A DNA stretch of 63,970 nt, the filler included, from Myxococcota bacterium (GTDB lineage Bacteria > Myxococcota > Myxococcia > Myxococcales > Myxococcaceae), in assembly GCA_049322255.1 (NCBI GenBank). It is 4 parts of 4 records of this genome, joined end to end, with 100 filler letters (N's around TTAATTAATTAA, not from the genome) between each part and the next. Parts side by side here need not be neighbours in the genome. Positions count along the whole stretch, not along the records: positions 1 to 18,287 come from JBMORE010000088.1; 3 more parts are not named here. One strand, 5' to 3'. The translations under genes and the position numbers were made by a program. This document shows positions 1 through 13,500 of this stretch, in pieces (position 1 is the first letter of the stretch; each line of letters starts with the position of its first letter). The notes under the pieces are model-generated. The model saw nothing but the letters and a program-made list of their open reading frames with translations. It searched no databases and was not told where the DNA came from.

Positions 1-2
1 TG

Positions 3-83
3 ACCGAGGCCGAGGCCTCCTCCGAGGGCGCGTTGGCGGTGGTGCGCGAGGCACTTCAAGGCCCGCGCCTCATTTTGGTCTAA
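3..83 (+). CDS. 3' end of an unidentified gene (partial)
   Basis: Open frame TEAEASSEGALAVVREALQGPRLILV ends at TAA 81-83 with high GC3; followed by a palindromic repeat. Confidence 0.5.
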   Translation, partial: TEAEASSEGALAVVREALQGPRLILV

Positions 84-119
84 CCCCCGCTCCCGCTGGG
101 AGAGGGTTGGGGTGAGGGG
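84..119 (+). repeat. BoxC-like palindromic repeat, copy 1
   Basis: CCCCCGCTCCCGCTGGGAGAGGGTTGGGGTGAGGGG between convergent genes. Confidence 0.8.
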
Positions 120-126
120 CGTCAAA

Positions 127-1026
127 TCACCCGCGCAGCGCGCGCTCGAGAGCGTTGCGCGTCTCCGCAGGAAGCTGGTCGCGCACCAGCTGCAGCGCGC
201 GTAATGAAAGCGAGCGGTAGATGCTGGCCAGCTCTGCGGGGAGAGCGGCCAGGTGCGCCTGCACCACCGCGAGATCTCCGCGGGCCACCGGGCCGGTGAG
301 GCCGCGCGCAAGGCCACGCTCCTCGACGCCCTGGAGCGCCGAGCGCAAGAGCGGCAAGAGGGCCAAGAGCGCCGTGTCTTCGTCGATTCCGGCTTCGGCG
401 AAGCACTCCTGCGCCGCCGAGAGGAGCGCCACCACCAGCCCGGCGCTCATCACTGCCCCGGCGTGATAGACGGCCCGCCGCGCCTCGGGGACTTCGATCG
501 GCTTCATCCTCAAGGCGAGCGCCATGCGCCACAAGCTGGGCATCAGCGCACGATCGCTCGCCGCCAGCGCCACCGAGTGCCCGGAAAGATCGGCGAGCGG
601 ATCAGACACCGCGCAGAGCGGGTGGAAGGAGCCTCGCGGACGTCGAAGCATCTCGGGGTCGGTACCGAAGGCAGTCAAGTCGAGGGCTCCCGCCAGGTGG
701 ACCAGCGCCGTTTGGGGGTCGACCTCCTCGCGCAGCGTCGAGGCCAGCCAGCCCACGGCGCTGTCGGGCACCGCGAGCAGGCACAGGTCGGCCTCTCGCA
801 GGGCGTCGTGATCGGCCAGGGGAAGGTTCATCTTCGTCACCCGGCGCACCGAGTCGCCGGAGCGGGGAAAGACGCTCACCGGCCAGCCGGCGCGTTTGAG
901 GCCCAAGGAAAGTGCGCCGCCCAGCCGCCCGAAGCCGACCACCACCACCTGTGGTTTTCCCTTAGGCCGCCGGGTTTGCCAGCGCGCGCGGGGCGACTTC
1001 TTCACTCGGGTCGGGCGAGTCACCAT
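127..1026 (-). CDS. Rossmann-like + DUF2520 protein (PanG-type ketopantoate reductase family)
   Basis: VVVGFGRLG dinucleotide motif, LAVPD, HLAGA, SFHPL, YHAGAV, LTGPVARGD. Confidence 0.85.
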   Translation of the reverse strand: MVTRPTRVKKSPRARWQTRRPKGKPQVVVVGFGRLGGALSLGLKRAGWPVSVFPRSGDSVRRVTKMNLPLADHDALREADLCLLAVPDSAVGWLASTLREEVDPQTALVHLAGALDLTAFGTDPEMLRRPRGSFHPLCAVSDPLADLSGHSVALAASDRALMPSLWRMALALRMKPIEVPEARRAVYHAGAVMSAGLVVALLSAAQECFAEAGIDEDTALLALLPLLRSALQGVEERGLARGLTGPVARGDLAVVQAHLAALPAELASIYRSLSLRALQLVRDQLPAETRNALERALRG

Positions 1027-1036
1027 GGGGGCATGG

Positions 1037-3502
<2,466 letters not shown>

Positions 3503-3561
3503 CTCGTCTCCCTGGATGCTTGTCCCCAGCAAGGGGTCTACACCGGAGGGATCGGCGTGGC

Positions 3562-3588
3562 AAAAAAACCGCTACAGCCCCGTAGCGG
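3562..3588 (-). terminator. Rho-independent terminator
   Basis: Minus strand CCGCTAC-GGGGCT-GTAGCGG followed by T7. Confidence 0.7.
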
Positions 3589-3629
3589 GCCAAGGTTTTG
3601 AAGTCACGACTCTGAGCTCCCAGACGGTC

Positions 3630-3731
3630 CTGCTGGAGCGACGCCACCAGGAACGCTTCCTCGAGCAACGCCAGGTAGTGAGCGACGGTCTCAAGGGCTC
3701 CGGCGTCCTGCAACTGGCCCTGGAACTTTGC
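3630..3731 (-). pseudogene. Remnant of an AAA+ ATPase (AAA_14/DUF4143 family)
   Basis: Isolated peptide KFQGQLQDAGALETVAHYLALLEEAFLVASL resembles the winged-helix segment of this family; no start or ATPase domain. Confidence 0.6.
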
Positions 3732-3813
3732 TGCCTCGGCCCATGCCGAAACACGGTCGACCTCTCCCGCCAGAGGGCAAAGCCTGTTAAAGGACGCACT
3801 CCCCGTCGCGACC

Positions 3814-4530
3814 ATGGTTTCCGTCATTGAGCCGGCGAAGGCTCTCATCGATCCTCTGGGAGGAGTGACCGCCGCCGTCCAGGCGCGCCGGTGGTTTTTG
3901 CCGCTCGTGGCGCTGGCGATGGCGACCAGCCTCTCCGGCGCGGCGTTCGCCCTGCGTTGGGACCCGGGGCCGGGCGTGCTTCGAGAGCTCGGACCCGAGG
4001 CCTCCCGCACCTCAGAACGGGAGATCGCCGAGAAGATTGAACAGGCCGGCCGTGTTCGCCTGGTTGCTGGAGTGGCCAAGGGCGTCTTCGTGATGCCGCT
4101 GTCTGTGTTGCTCGTCGCGGTGGCGCTCAAGCTGTGCGGCTGGCTTTTTGGAACGCGCGCTCGGTTCGCGGCCTGTTTCAGCGCGGCGGCGATCGCTTTT
4201 TTGCCCATCGCGCTCTACCACTTGGTGTTCGCGACCGCGGCGCTGCGGCAGGTGGCAGTGACCGAATCGCAGCTTGCCACGCTCGTTCCCTCCAGCTTGG
4301 CGGCGATGAAGGCCGCCGTGTCGCCCGAGTGGAAGCGCGCGCTGGGGGCGGTCGACTTTTTCTCCCTCTGGTCGGCGACCCTTCTGGGGCTGGGCTTTTC
4401 CGCGGCCTCGGGCATGCGACGCAGTCGGGCGGTGGCGCTCGGCTTTCTGCTCTACGTGATGTACGCGGCTGTTTTCTTGGTCGGCGTGCCGGGCCTGATG
4501 GCCAGTGGCGGCGGAGGGCCGCCTCGATGA
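3814..4530 (+). CDS. Yip1 domain membrane protein
   Basis: About 5 TM helices, VDFFSLWS motif, first gene of an export operon. Confidence 0.85.
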   Translation: MVSVIEPAKALIDPLGGVTAAVQARRWFLPLVALAMATSLSGAAFALRWDPGPGVLRELGPEASRTSEREIAEKIEQAGRVRLVAGVAKGVFVMPLSVLLVAVALKLCGWLFGTRARFAACFSAAAIAFLPIALYHLVFATAALRQVAVTESQLATLVPSSLAAMKAAVSPEWKRALGAVDFFSLWSATLLGLGFSAASGMRRSRAVALGFLLYVMYAAVFLVGVPGLMASGGGGPPR

Positions 4531-5858
4531 CGACGCTCTTATTGGTGGGAGTCGTCGCCGCCGTTCCCATCGGTCTCGATGAAGTGCGGGCCGCCGCTTT
4601 GCTGAACACCGAGGCCCTCGAGGCGGAGCTCGAATCCCGCCGCGCTACGGAAAACGTCACGGTGGCGCGCTCGGCTGTTCGACCGAAGGTGACGCTCGAG
4701 GCCGGCTCCTCCGCCACTGTCTACGGGCCGCGGCGCGAGCTCGACTTGGTGCCCGACCCCAACGCCTCCGGAGGCTTTCGCCAGCAGCTGGTCAACGTCG
4801 ACGAATCGACGACCACCGGCTCGTTCAGTCTCCAGCTGCAAGTCTCTCAGCTGCTCTACGACGGTGGCCGCTGGTGGAATCAGATCGCTCAGGCGGGTGC
4901 GCAGGAAGAGGCCGCTGCGGGCCAGGCCGCCGAGCAACAGCTGGCCTCGGAGCTCGAGGCGGTGCGCCGCTACTACGAGCTCTACCGCGCGCAGAAGACC
5001 CGAGAGGTCCTCGACGCCTTGGTGCAGCGCAGCACCATTCAGCTCGAGCGGGCAAGGGCGCTCTTCGACGCCGGCCGTGGCGCCAAGCGCGATGCCATCG
5101 ACGCCGAGGTGAACTTAGGTAACGACCGCATCTCGGTGCTTCGCCAGGGCCAGCGGGTGGCCGCCGCTCAGGTCGACCTGGCGGTGTGGATCGCCCGTGG
5201 TGGCGCCGAGCCTCTGGAGGCAAAAGACCCGGGCACGCTCGACGCACCGCTTCTGCCCGCGCCCTCGCTGGACGAAGCGCTCGCCGCCGCGCGCCACCAT
5301 CGCCCGTTGCTCAAAGTGGTCGCCCGTCAGCTCGAGGCCGCGCGGCGTGCGGTGGAGATCGCCTCGGCCGGGTACTTTCCGCGCCTGTCGGTGTTCGGCA
5401 CCTACGGGCGGCGCTCCCCCAGCCCCGAGCCGTTCTTCTCGTACCCCGATCGCCAGAACTCGGTGAGCGGTGGCCTGAATCTCTCCTGGGAGCTCTTCTC
5501 GGGCTTCTCCACTTCCGCACAGACTCGAAGCGCCGAGCACGCGCGCTCCAGCGCCACGCTTTCCGCAGAGCAGGCCGAGCGCGAGCTGGAAGGAGAGGTT
5601 CGCCGCGCGCTGGAAACCTTACGCGCCCAGGCGGCGATCGCCGACATCGCGCTGAAAAACCGTACGCTCGCCGTCTCGGGGTTGAGCCTCGCCGAGGAGC
5701 GCTTCCAGGCAGGGGCGAGCAGCACGCTCGAGGTACGTGATGCGCAGCTCAAGCTCGCGCAGGCCGAGCTGTCGGCGCTCGAAAGCCGAATCGACGTGGA
5801 GATTGCCCGCGCCGCCCTGCACCGGGTGACCGGAGGAATGACCGAGGTGAAGCCATGA
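4527..5858 (+). CDS. TolC-family outer membrane efflux protein
   Basis: Two OEP repeats (QLLYDGG, LSWELFSG, ERFQAGASSTLEV); ATGA overlap with the Yip1 gene. Confidence 0.92.
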   Translation: MTTLLLVGVVAAVPIGLDEVRAAALLNTEALEAELESRRATENVTVARSAVRPKVTLEAGSSATVYGPRRELDLVPDPNASGGFRQQLVNVDESTTTGSFSLQLQVSQLLYDGGRWWNQIAQAGAQEEAAAGQAAEQQLASELEAVRRYYELYRAQKTREVLDALVQRSTIQLERARALFDAGRGAKRDAIDAEVNLGNDRISVLRQGQRVAAAQVDLAVWIARGGAEPLEAKDPGTLDAPLLPAPSLDEALAAARHHRPLLKVVARQLEAARRAVEIASAGYFPRLSVFGTYGRRSPSPEPFFSYPDRQNSVSGGLNLSWELFSGFSTSAQTRSAEHARSSATLSAEQAERELEGEVRRALETLRAQAAIADIALKNRTLAVSGLSLAEERFQAGASSTLEVRDAQLKLAQAELSALESRIDVEIARAALHRVTGGMTEVKP

Positions 5859-7123
5859 CGTGGTGGAAGGCGGTCATCGCCGCCGTGTTGTTCTTGAGCG
5901 CCGCGGCGATCACGGTCGCCGGAGTGCGTGAGCGGCCGGCGCCTCCGGTCGAGGTGCAGGCCGCCACCGCCAAGCGTGCCGCGATCACCCGCACCATCAC
6001 CGGAGCCGGAAAAGTTCAGGCGGCGACCACGGTGAAGATTTCCTCGAACCTCTCCGGAGACCTCACCGAGCTCTTGGTCAAGGTCGGCGACCGGGTGACC
6101 AAGGGTCAAGTCTTAGGGCGAATCGATCGCCGGCGCTTCGAGGCGGCGATGAAGCAGGCGGCGGCGGCGCAGAGCGCCGGGAGGGCGGACATGCAGCTTT
6201 CCCAGGTCGAGGTCGATCGCAGCACCGCTGAGCACGCGCGGGTGGAGGGGCTGGTGCAAAAGGGCATGGCTTCGACCGCGGAGCTCGAGCGCGCACGCGC
6301 CGACCGCGACGCTGCGCAGGCGAGATTGGCCTCGTCGCGCGAGCGACACGCCCAAGCCTCTGCCGGCCTCGAGGAAGCGCAGACCAACCTGTCGAAGACC
6401 ACGCTCGCCTCGCCCATCGACGGCACGGTGATCGAGGTCACTCGCGAGGTGGGGGAGAGAGTGCGTGGCTCCGACTTCAACGAGGACGTGGTGATGACCA
6501 TCGCCGCGCTGGCGGCCATGGAGGTGCGCATCGAGGTGGGTGAGCACGAAGTGGTGCACCTGGCTGCGACCCAGAAGGCAGATGTCGCCATCGACGCTCT
6601 CGAGGGGCAAACATTCGCCGGCGAGGTGGTGGAGATTGCCCAGAAGGCCAACATCCGCAACCAGGGTACCGAGAACGAGGTCACCTCCTTTCCGGTGACG
6701 GTGGCGCTGCCGGTGCGGCCGCCAGGGGTACTGCCGGGGATGAGCGCCGAGCTGCGCATCGCCGCCGAGATGCGGGAGAACACCGTGGTGGTGCCGGTGC
6801 AGGCGGTGACCGTTCGGCCGGAGAAAAGCCTTTCCGACGCAGCGGGGCCGGTGGAGAGCACGACATCCCTGGCCGCCACCAAGAAGACCGAGACGCTCGC
6901 CAAGGTCGTCTTCGTGATTGACGGCGAGAACCGTGTTCGCGCGCGAAGGGTGCGCACCGGCATCGCCTCGGACACCGAGGTGGAAATCGTCGAGGGGCTC
7001 CAAGAGGGAGATCGGGTGGTCGAAGGCCCTTACCGCACCCTCGCCAAAGAGCTCAAAGACGGCGACCGCGTGGAGGAGCTCAAGCCGGGCCAAAAGTTCA
7101 AGCGGCGGCGCAGCCGGAGCTAA
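5855..7123 (+). CDS. Efflux periplasmic adaptor (MacA-like membrane fusion protein)
   Basis: N-terminal TM, VKVGDRVTKGQ and SPIDGTV lipoyl-like halves, PGMSA, GLQEGDRVV. Confidence 0.93.
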   Translation: MTWWKAVIAAVLFLSAAAITVAGVRERPAPPVEVQAATAKRAAITRTITGAGKVQAATTVKISSNLSGDLTELLVKVGDRVTKGQVLGRIDRRRFEAAMKQAAAAQSAGRADMQLSQVEVDRSTAEHARVEGLVQKGMASTAELERARADRDAAQARLASSRERHAQASAGLEEAQTNLSKTTLASPIDGTVIEVTREVGERVRGSDFNEDVVMTIAALAAMEVRIEVGEHEVVHLAATQKADVAIDALEGQTFAGEVVEIAQKANIRNQGTENEVTSFPVTVALPVRPPGVLPGMSAELRIAAEMRENTVVVPVQAVTVRPEKSLSDAAGPVESTTSLAATKKTETLAKVVFVIDGENRVRARRVRTGIASDTEVEIVEGLQEGDRVVEGPYRTLAKELKDGDRVEELKPGQKFKRRRSRS

Positions 7124-7126
7124 AGC

Positions 7127-7849
7127 GTGCTCATCGAGCTTGCGGACATCACCCGCGTTTACCAGGTCGGCACCGAAGAGGTGCGCGCGCTCGACGGAGT
7201 GTCATTGGCCATCGACCGGGGTGAGTGGGTGGCGATCGTGGGACAGTCGGGCTCGGGCAAGAGCACGCTGATGAACGTCATCGGCTGCCTCGACACTCCC
7301 AGCGCGGGAAGCTACCGGCTCAACGGCAAGGACGTGGCCCGCCTCGCCGACGACGAGCTGGCCGACATCCGCAACCGAGAAATCGGTTTCGTCTTCCAAA
7401 ATTTCCAGCTCCTCCCCAGGGAAACGGCCCTCGCCAACGTCGAGCTGCCACTGGTCTACCGGGGCCTGCGCGCCACGGAGCGGCGGGAGCGTGCCCAGGC
7501 GGCGCTGGAAAGGGTGAAGCTCCATGACCGCATGAGCCATCGCCCCACCGAGCTGTCGGGCGGCCAACGGCAGCGGGTGGCAATCGCGCGCGCTTTGGCC
7601 GCCGAGCCCTCGCTCTTGCTCGCCGACGAGCCCACCGGCAACCTCGACTCGGCCACCGGGGAGGAGATTGTCCGCCTCTTCGAGGAGCTACATCGCTCCG
7701 GTCACACCATCGTACTGGTCACCCACGAACCCAAGTTGGCGGCACGTTGTCCGCGGGCGGTGCGGCTCACCGACGGCAAGGTGATCGCCGACGGCGAGGG
7801 ACGCCAGGTGGCGCTGGAGAACCTGCGCGCGATGGGAACGGTCGCATGA
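7127..7849 (+). CDS. ABC transporter ATP-binding protein (MacB/LolD type)
   Basis: [27 protein letters not shown]. Confidence 0.96.
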   Translation: MLIELADITRVYQVGTEEVRALDGVSLAIDRGEWVAIVGQSGSGKSTLMNVIGCLDTPSAGSYRLNGKDVARLADDELADIRNREIGFVFQNFQLLPRETALANVELPLVYRGLRATERRERAQAALERVKLHDRMSHRPTELSGGQRQRVAIARALAAEPSLLLADEPTGNLDSATGEEIVRLFEELHRSGHTIVLVTHEPKLAARCPRAVRLTDGKVIADGEGRQVALENLRAMGTVA

Positions 7850-9072
7850 ACCTGCGCGTCGACTTGTGGGAGGGCGCGCGCATCGCGCTTCTGTCGCTCA
7901 CCACCAACCGCCTGCGCACCCTGCTCACCACCCTGGGGGTGGGTATCGGCGTGGCCACGCTGCTCGCCATCGTCGGCATCATTCAGGGGTTGGACACCTC
8001 GTTTGCCAACCAACTGGCGAGCTTGGGCTCGAGCAGCCTCCAAGTCTCGAAGCGCCCTTGGGTGCAAATGGGAAAATGGTGGGAGCTGCGCAACCGCAAG
8101 GAATTGGCGCTCAACGACGTGCAGGCGATTCGCGAGCGTTCGGTCTACGCCATGGCCGTCGCTCCCAGCATCAGCCGCAGGGAGGAGGTCAGCTTCTTGG
8201 GCGCGACCTTGCCCCAGGTCGACCTCACCGCTTCGACCCCCGAGTACCTCGAGGTGAGCGGTTACGAAGTGGCGCTGGGTCGCTTCTTCACCGAAGCCGA
8301 GGATCAGGCCCGCGCAAGGGTGGCCGTGCTGGGGGCCGACGTGGCGGAGACGCTCTTTCCGCTCGCTCGCCCCCTGGGTGCGTCGGTGCGCATCGATGGG
8401 CGGCCCTATACGGTGATCGGTACGCTGCAGCGCAAGGGGAAGATTCTCGAGCAGAGCTTGGACAGCATCGTGCTCGTCCCCTTCGAAACCTTCGGGGTGA
8501 CCTACGGGCTGCGGCGGGGCATTCGCATCGGAGTAGCAGTCAAAGGCCCCGAAGAGCTCGACGCCGCCGAAGACGAGCTCGTGGGAGTTCTTCGGCGGTC
8601 GCGCTCCACTCCTCCAGAGAAGCCCGACGATTTTTCCATCAACCGGCCGGAGCAGCTCGCCTCGACCTACCAGCAGCTCACCGGTGCGCTCTTCGGAGTG
8701 GCGGTGGGCATCGGGCTCATCACGCTCCTGGTGGGCGGTATCGGCATCATGAACATCATGCTGGTGTCGGTGCGGGAGCGCACGCGGGAGATCGGCGTGC
8801 GTCGCGCCCTGGGCGCCCGGCAGCGCACCATCGTCTTGCAGTTCGTGCTCGAGGCGATGGCGGTGTCGGCGGTGGGAGGACTTTTGGGGACGGTCGTCGG
8901 CTTGGGCGGCGCGAAGGTCGTCTCGCTGGTCACTCCGCTGGCGGCGACGGTCAAGCCACTGACCATCGTCTTCGGCGTTTCCTTCGGGGCGCTGGTCGGG
9001 CTCCTCTTCGGCATCTGGCCGGCCGTCCGCGCCGCCCGGATGGACCCGGTCGAAGCCCTTCGGCACGAGTGA
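7846..9072 (+). CDS. ABC transporter permease (MacB_PCD + FtsX)
   Basis: [30 protein letters not shown]. Confidence 0.95.
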   Translation: MNLRVDLWEGARIALLSLTTNRLRTLLTTLGVGIGVATLLAIVGIIQGLDTSFANQLASLGSSSLQVSKRPWVQMGKWWELRNRKELALNDVQAIRERSVYAMAVAPSISRREEVSFLGATLPQVDLTASTPEYLEVSGYEVALGRFFTEAEDQARARVAVLGADVAETLFPLARPLGASVRIDGRPYTVIGTLQRKGKILEQSLDSIVLVPFETFGVTYGLRRGIRIGVAVKGPEELDAAEDELVGVLRRSRSTPPEKPDDFSINRPEQLASTYQQLTGALFGVAVGIGLITLLVGGIGIMNIMLVSVRERTREIGVRRALGARQRTIVLQFVLEAMAVSAVGGLLGTVVGLGGAKVVSLVTPLAATVKPLTIVFGVSFGALVGLLFGIWPAVRAARMDPVEALRHE

Positions 9073-9075
9073 CCC

Positions 9076-10317
9076 ATGCGTGCCTTCTTCGACAACCTTC
9101 GCTTGGCGGCGGGAACCTTCGCGGCGCACCCTTTGCGCTCGTTGCTCACGCTTTTGGGCATCGTCATCGGAGTGGCCACCGTGGTGACGATGATGGCGCT
9201 CATCGAGGGCCTGCGGCTCAAGGTGAACAAGGACCTCTCCCAGCTGGGCGCCAACGTCTTTCGTGTCGACAAGTGGCCCTCGGGCATTCGCATCGGGGGC
9301 GGACACATGGACTGGGCGCGCTATGAGAAGCGCCCCAACCTCACTCAGGAAGACCGCCGCGCCATCGTGAAGAGCTGCCCTTCGGTGCTCACCGCCTCGG
9401 CGTCGGCCAGCCAGTACGGTCAGAAGGTGGCCACCGCGAGCGCCGAAACCAACCCGTCGGTCTTCGTGCTCGGTACTACCCCCGAGTACCTGGACACCGC
9501 AGGCGTGACCATCGCGTCGGGGCGTTTCATCGGCGAGTTCGACGATCTCGAGGGCCGCGCGGTGACGGTGTTGGGGCCCGACGTCGCCGATCGGTTGTTC
9601 CCCAATTCCGACCCGCTGGGACAGGAGGTGCGCATTCGCGACCGGCCCTACACCGTGGTGGGTGTGCTCGAGCGCCGCGGCAAGTTTTTGGGAATGTTCA
9701 ATCTGGACGAGCTGGCGATCCTCCCCATGAACACGTTCCTTGGCGTGTTCGGGAAGCGGAAGTCGGTGACGATCAACGTTCAGGCGGCGTCGGCCGAGAC
9801 GATGGAGCGGGCGATGGAGGAGGTGGAACGGCTCCTTCGGCAGCGTCGCGCTGTGCCCCCCAACGAGGCGTCGAACTTCGAGCTCTCCACCAACGAGTCG
9901 ATGACCCGCACCCTCAACGAGCTGTCGGTCGTCATCACCGCGGCGACCTTCGGGGTGTGCTTTCTGTCGCTGCTCGTGGGCGGCATCGGCATTTTGAACA
10001 TCATGCTGGTGGCGGTGACCGAGCGGACGAGGGAGATCGGCATTCGCAAGGCGCTGGGAGCACGCCGCCGGCGAATCCTAGGCCAATTCGCCACCGAGGC
10101 CGTGGCGCTGGCCCTGGTCGGCGGGGTGATGGGGCTGACCATCGGCTTCGGGCTTGCGTTCTTGGGCCGATGGGCGATGGGGCTCTTCGTGTCGGTGCCC
10201 GCGTGGGCCGTCGCTTTGTCTTTGGCGATGAGCTCAGGCGTGGGGCTGTTGTTCGGCATCTACCCAGCGGCGCGCGCGGCTCGGCTCGACCCGGTCGAGG
10301 CGATGCGGGCGGAGTAG
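9076..10317 (+). CDS. ABC transporter permease (MacB_PCD + FtsX), second paralog
   Basis: GGIGILNIMLVAVTERTREIG, DPVEAMRAE. Confidence 0.95.
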   Translation: MRAFFDNLRLAAGTFAAHPLRSLLTLLGIVIGVATVVTMMALIEGLRLKVNKDLSQLGANVFRVDKWPSGIRIGGGHMDWARYEKRPNLTQEDRRAIVKSCPSVLTASASASQYGQKVATASAETNPSVFVLGTTPEYLDTAGVTIASGRFIGEFDDLEGRAVTVLGPDVADRLFPNSDPLGQEVRIRDRPYTVVGVLERRGKFLGMFNLDELAILPMNTFLGVFGKRKSVTINVQAASAETMERAMEEVERLLRQRRAVPPNEASNFELSTNESMTRTLNELSVVITAATFGVCFLSLLVGGIGILNIMLVAVTERTREIGIRKALGARRRRILGQFATEAVALALVGGVMGLTIGFGLAFLGRWAMGLFVSVPAWAVALSLAMSSGVGLLFGIYPAARAARLDPVEAMRAE

Positions 10318-10365
10318 ACGGCCCTCGCGCTCGTGCGCTCGGCCTCGAGCCATCCGCTGAAGAAG

Positions 10366-10513
10366 CCGGGAGCGGGAGCGGGAGCGGGAGCGTTTGCGGG
10401 CATCGGGGACGCGTACGGCTCACGCAGGTCGGGTCACGTGCCCGGCGACGTGGGACGTGGACCGTCCCCGACTCCGTCCCCGCAAACGCTCCCGCTCCTG
10501 CTCCCGCTCCCGG
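10366..10513. repeat. 35-bp inverted repeat built from (GGGAGC)n hexamers
   Basis: Arms 10366-10400 and 10479-10513, one mismatch; inner TCGGGGACG/CGTCCCCGA pair; between convergent genes. Confidence 0.85.
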
Positions 10514-10526
10514 TTGTTGGCAGAGG

Positions 10527-13500
10527 TCATTCCGCCGGCACGGGCGGAACCCACGCGCAGCTCGAGTCGATGTGGCAGGGGTCGAAGCTGAACTCGCGGC
10601 CCTTGCTCGTCGCATACCGCCCCAAGAGGTTGAGCATGAACCCGCCCAGATTGAAGGGGTCGGACGAATCAGGTGAGTCGAAGCCGTGCTTCCCGGTAGG
10701 CCGTGGGAAGGGGAAGAGAACCCCGCTGAACCCCCCGGCCCGGTTGGAGTGGCTCACCAAGCGCAGCGGCGGGTCGAGCCGGGGAACGTCGAAACCGTCG
10801 ACCCCCGTGCCAACGGCCGCCAGGTAGTCGACGTCCATCAGCACGCTCTCTCCGCTGGAGTTGATGTAGCGGTTGGTGACCTCGGTGGCCTCGAGCACCC
10901 CGGTGTCGATGAGCACCCGGTTGGGAGTCTTGCCCCAGCGTGGATCGGGGTGTTGGAAGTCGATGAAGCCGGCCGCGCGGGCGATCGCCGTACCGGTGCT
11001 CACCGGCACGTTCATGTCTCCGATGGTGTTCACCACCACGACCCGGGCGCCCGACTCTTCGCCGGTGCCCAACCGGAGGTGCCAGTGCTCGAAGTAGGGC
11101 GCGAAGTTGACCGGATCGGCGGGGTCGAGAATGACCTGCGCGATCTGCATGAAGCGCCGCATCTCGGGCGTCGAGCGGCGAATGCCGAACCCGTCGCCGA
11201 TCGCCACCAGCGGTGACCCGGCGGGAATGGTGCGCCCCTGGAAGGTCACTTCCAGCGAGAAGGTATTGATGACCGCCGAAGGCTGCGCCGCCTCGGGAAT
11301 GGAGCAGCCCTGGCGCGGCTGCGGTGGCAAGGTGCCGGAGTACAGCTCGAGCTGCAGCGGGTCGCCTTCGTCGGAGGAAACCCCCACCCGAAAGAGCCCG
11401 CCCCCCAGTACCGGGCCGCAACGGTAGTCGCCCGTCTTGAGGTTTTTCAGCACCGCCGTGTCGCCCCCCTGTAGGGGAACGTCGAATGGCTGCACCTTCA
11501 TCTTGCCCAGCTTTTCCCGTTCGGGGATGTACTGCCACAGCTCCAGCTTGCCCTCGGTGTCGGGCAGGGTGAGCATCAGCGGCCCGAAGGTGCGCAGGTT
11601 GACCGCCTCGGCCACTCCTCCCTGGATGCTGCGAATGCCGACGTCGGTGAGGCCCCCGCCGCCTGCCACGGGCACCCCCACGTCGATCTTCGGCTCGATG
11701 CCCGAGAGCACCGAGCTCATGATGCCGCCCAAGGAGCCGCCGGTGACGGCCATGCTCGCGCCCGCCCCGATGTCCACCAGGCCGTCGCCGTCGAAGTCAC
11801 CGGCCAGCTCCGGGGTGCCGTCTTTGTCGACGTCGAACCTCCAGCGGCGGGCACCGTCGAAGGTCTGGATGAGCCGAACCAGCCGCATGTAGTCCACCGC
11901 CGACTGGCGGACGACGTCGCGGGTATGGAACACGTAAGCGGTCCAGAAGTCAGAGGCGGAGTCGGGCCGGCCGTCGCGGTTCCAGTCGTGGGCGCGCGGG
12001 TATGCCATCAGCGCGTCGATCATCGGCTCGAGGTTGTGGCCCTTGAAGACCGCGCGGGCGATCTGCGTGTCGGTGTCGTCCAGCTCCAACCCGTGGCTGA
12101 CGCAATCGATGCTGATGGTGGCGATGCCGTGGCGGGCGAAGTAACCCGCGTAGATGACCATCTCGAGGTTGTTGCTGGTGTAGCCGTGAGAGACGATCAC
12201 CAGCGGCGCGGGCCGGCGGCTGTACTCCGGGCGGGGCACGGTGAGCCAGAAGGTGACTCGCTCGGGCCGCACGAAGGCCTCGCCGGTGAGAGGGTCGAGC
12301 TTCCACACCTGCTCGTAGAGGGGGAGCATGTTCCCCTCGGCGTCGGTGCGGGGGAAGAACTGGGGAGACTCGAAGGACCCGACCGCGTGGAAGCCGACGA
12401 ACTTGTAGGAGTCGATCATCTCCAGCACTTCAGGCTCGATCTTCCCCTTGTTGAGCTGGGGCAAGAGCGTCTTCGCCAACGCGACGAAGTCTTCCCCCGG
12501 CACGATGGTGAGGTTGTCGCCGCCCTGGGAACGAACCTTGTGCAGCCGCAGCTCCTCGGGCGGAAAGTCCCTCTCGAGATACGCCATCGGGCCTAGGCCA
12601 TAGAGCCCGTCGCGCACCACCCGTAGCGGGTGGGTGATGCTCTGGGTGGTGAAGCTCCACGTAAAGGAGACGTCGTCGATCGACAACCCGTACTTGCCCA
12701 GACACTCGGGCAATGGGCTCAAGGCTTCCGTCTGTGCGGTGTAGTTGATGTACTTGAAAGGCGAGCGAACGACGTGGCCGTCCTCGTCGCGCAGCCTCTT
12801 GGTGAGGACCGCCGCATAGGTGGTGCCCTCGCGCATCGGCATCAGCGGGCGCAAAAGAAGGGTGTTGGTCTCGCGCTCGTAGAAGGTGAGCAGGTCGGTG
12901 CGCGGATTTCCGTCCTTGAAGCGCAAGTTGGGGTGGTCGAGCACCCCGTCCATGTCGGTGTCCTCGCCCAAGTCGAGCACCCCGTTGCCGTTCTTGTCTT
13001 CCTCCACCTCGTCGAACACGATTTGGGAGAGATGGCCGCGAGGGTCGTTGGGGTAGTACTTGTCGGGCCGCTCGATGGTCAAAGGGAAGTTACCCTCGCC
13101 CATGTCCAGGGGAACGGCCTGGCAGAAGTCGGGGGAGTCAGGGGTGATGTTCAGCACGTAGACGGCGTCATTGGAGAAGTCGTAGTCGTCGCGATGACGC
13201 TCGAAGATGACCTCGACGTCCAAGGGTTTTTCGAACCCGACGGAGATGGCCGAGAAGGTGCCCCACCCGTCGAGCTGGTCCAAGTCTTTGCGCACCACCC
13301 GCTCCCACTCGGTGTCGGCGACCTGGCTCGCGTTGATGCGCCGCTTGGTCGGCGAGGTCGGGTCGTAGCGGGTGGCGAAGTCGTTGGGGATGGGAATCTC
13401 CGGCAATGGCCGGGCGTAGAGGTCGAACTTCACACGCGCGCCCACGCCCTCGTCGGTGAGGCGTAACCCTTCTGCCTCGGGTGAGGGAGCGCACGCGGCG

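Noticed and set aside
3814..10317. Yip1-TolC-MFP-ABC operon as a novel system
   Set aside because: Matches the widespread YknWXYZ/MacAB-TolC-like architecture
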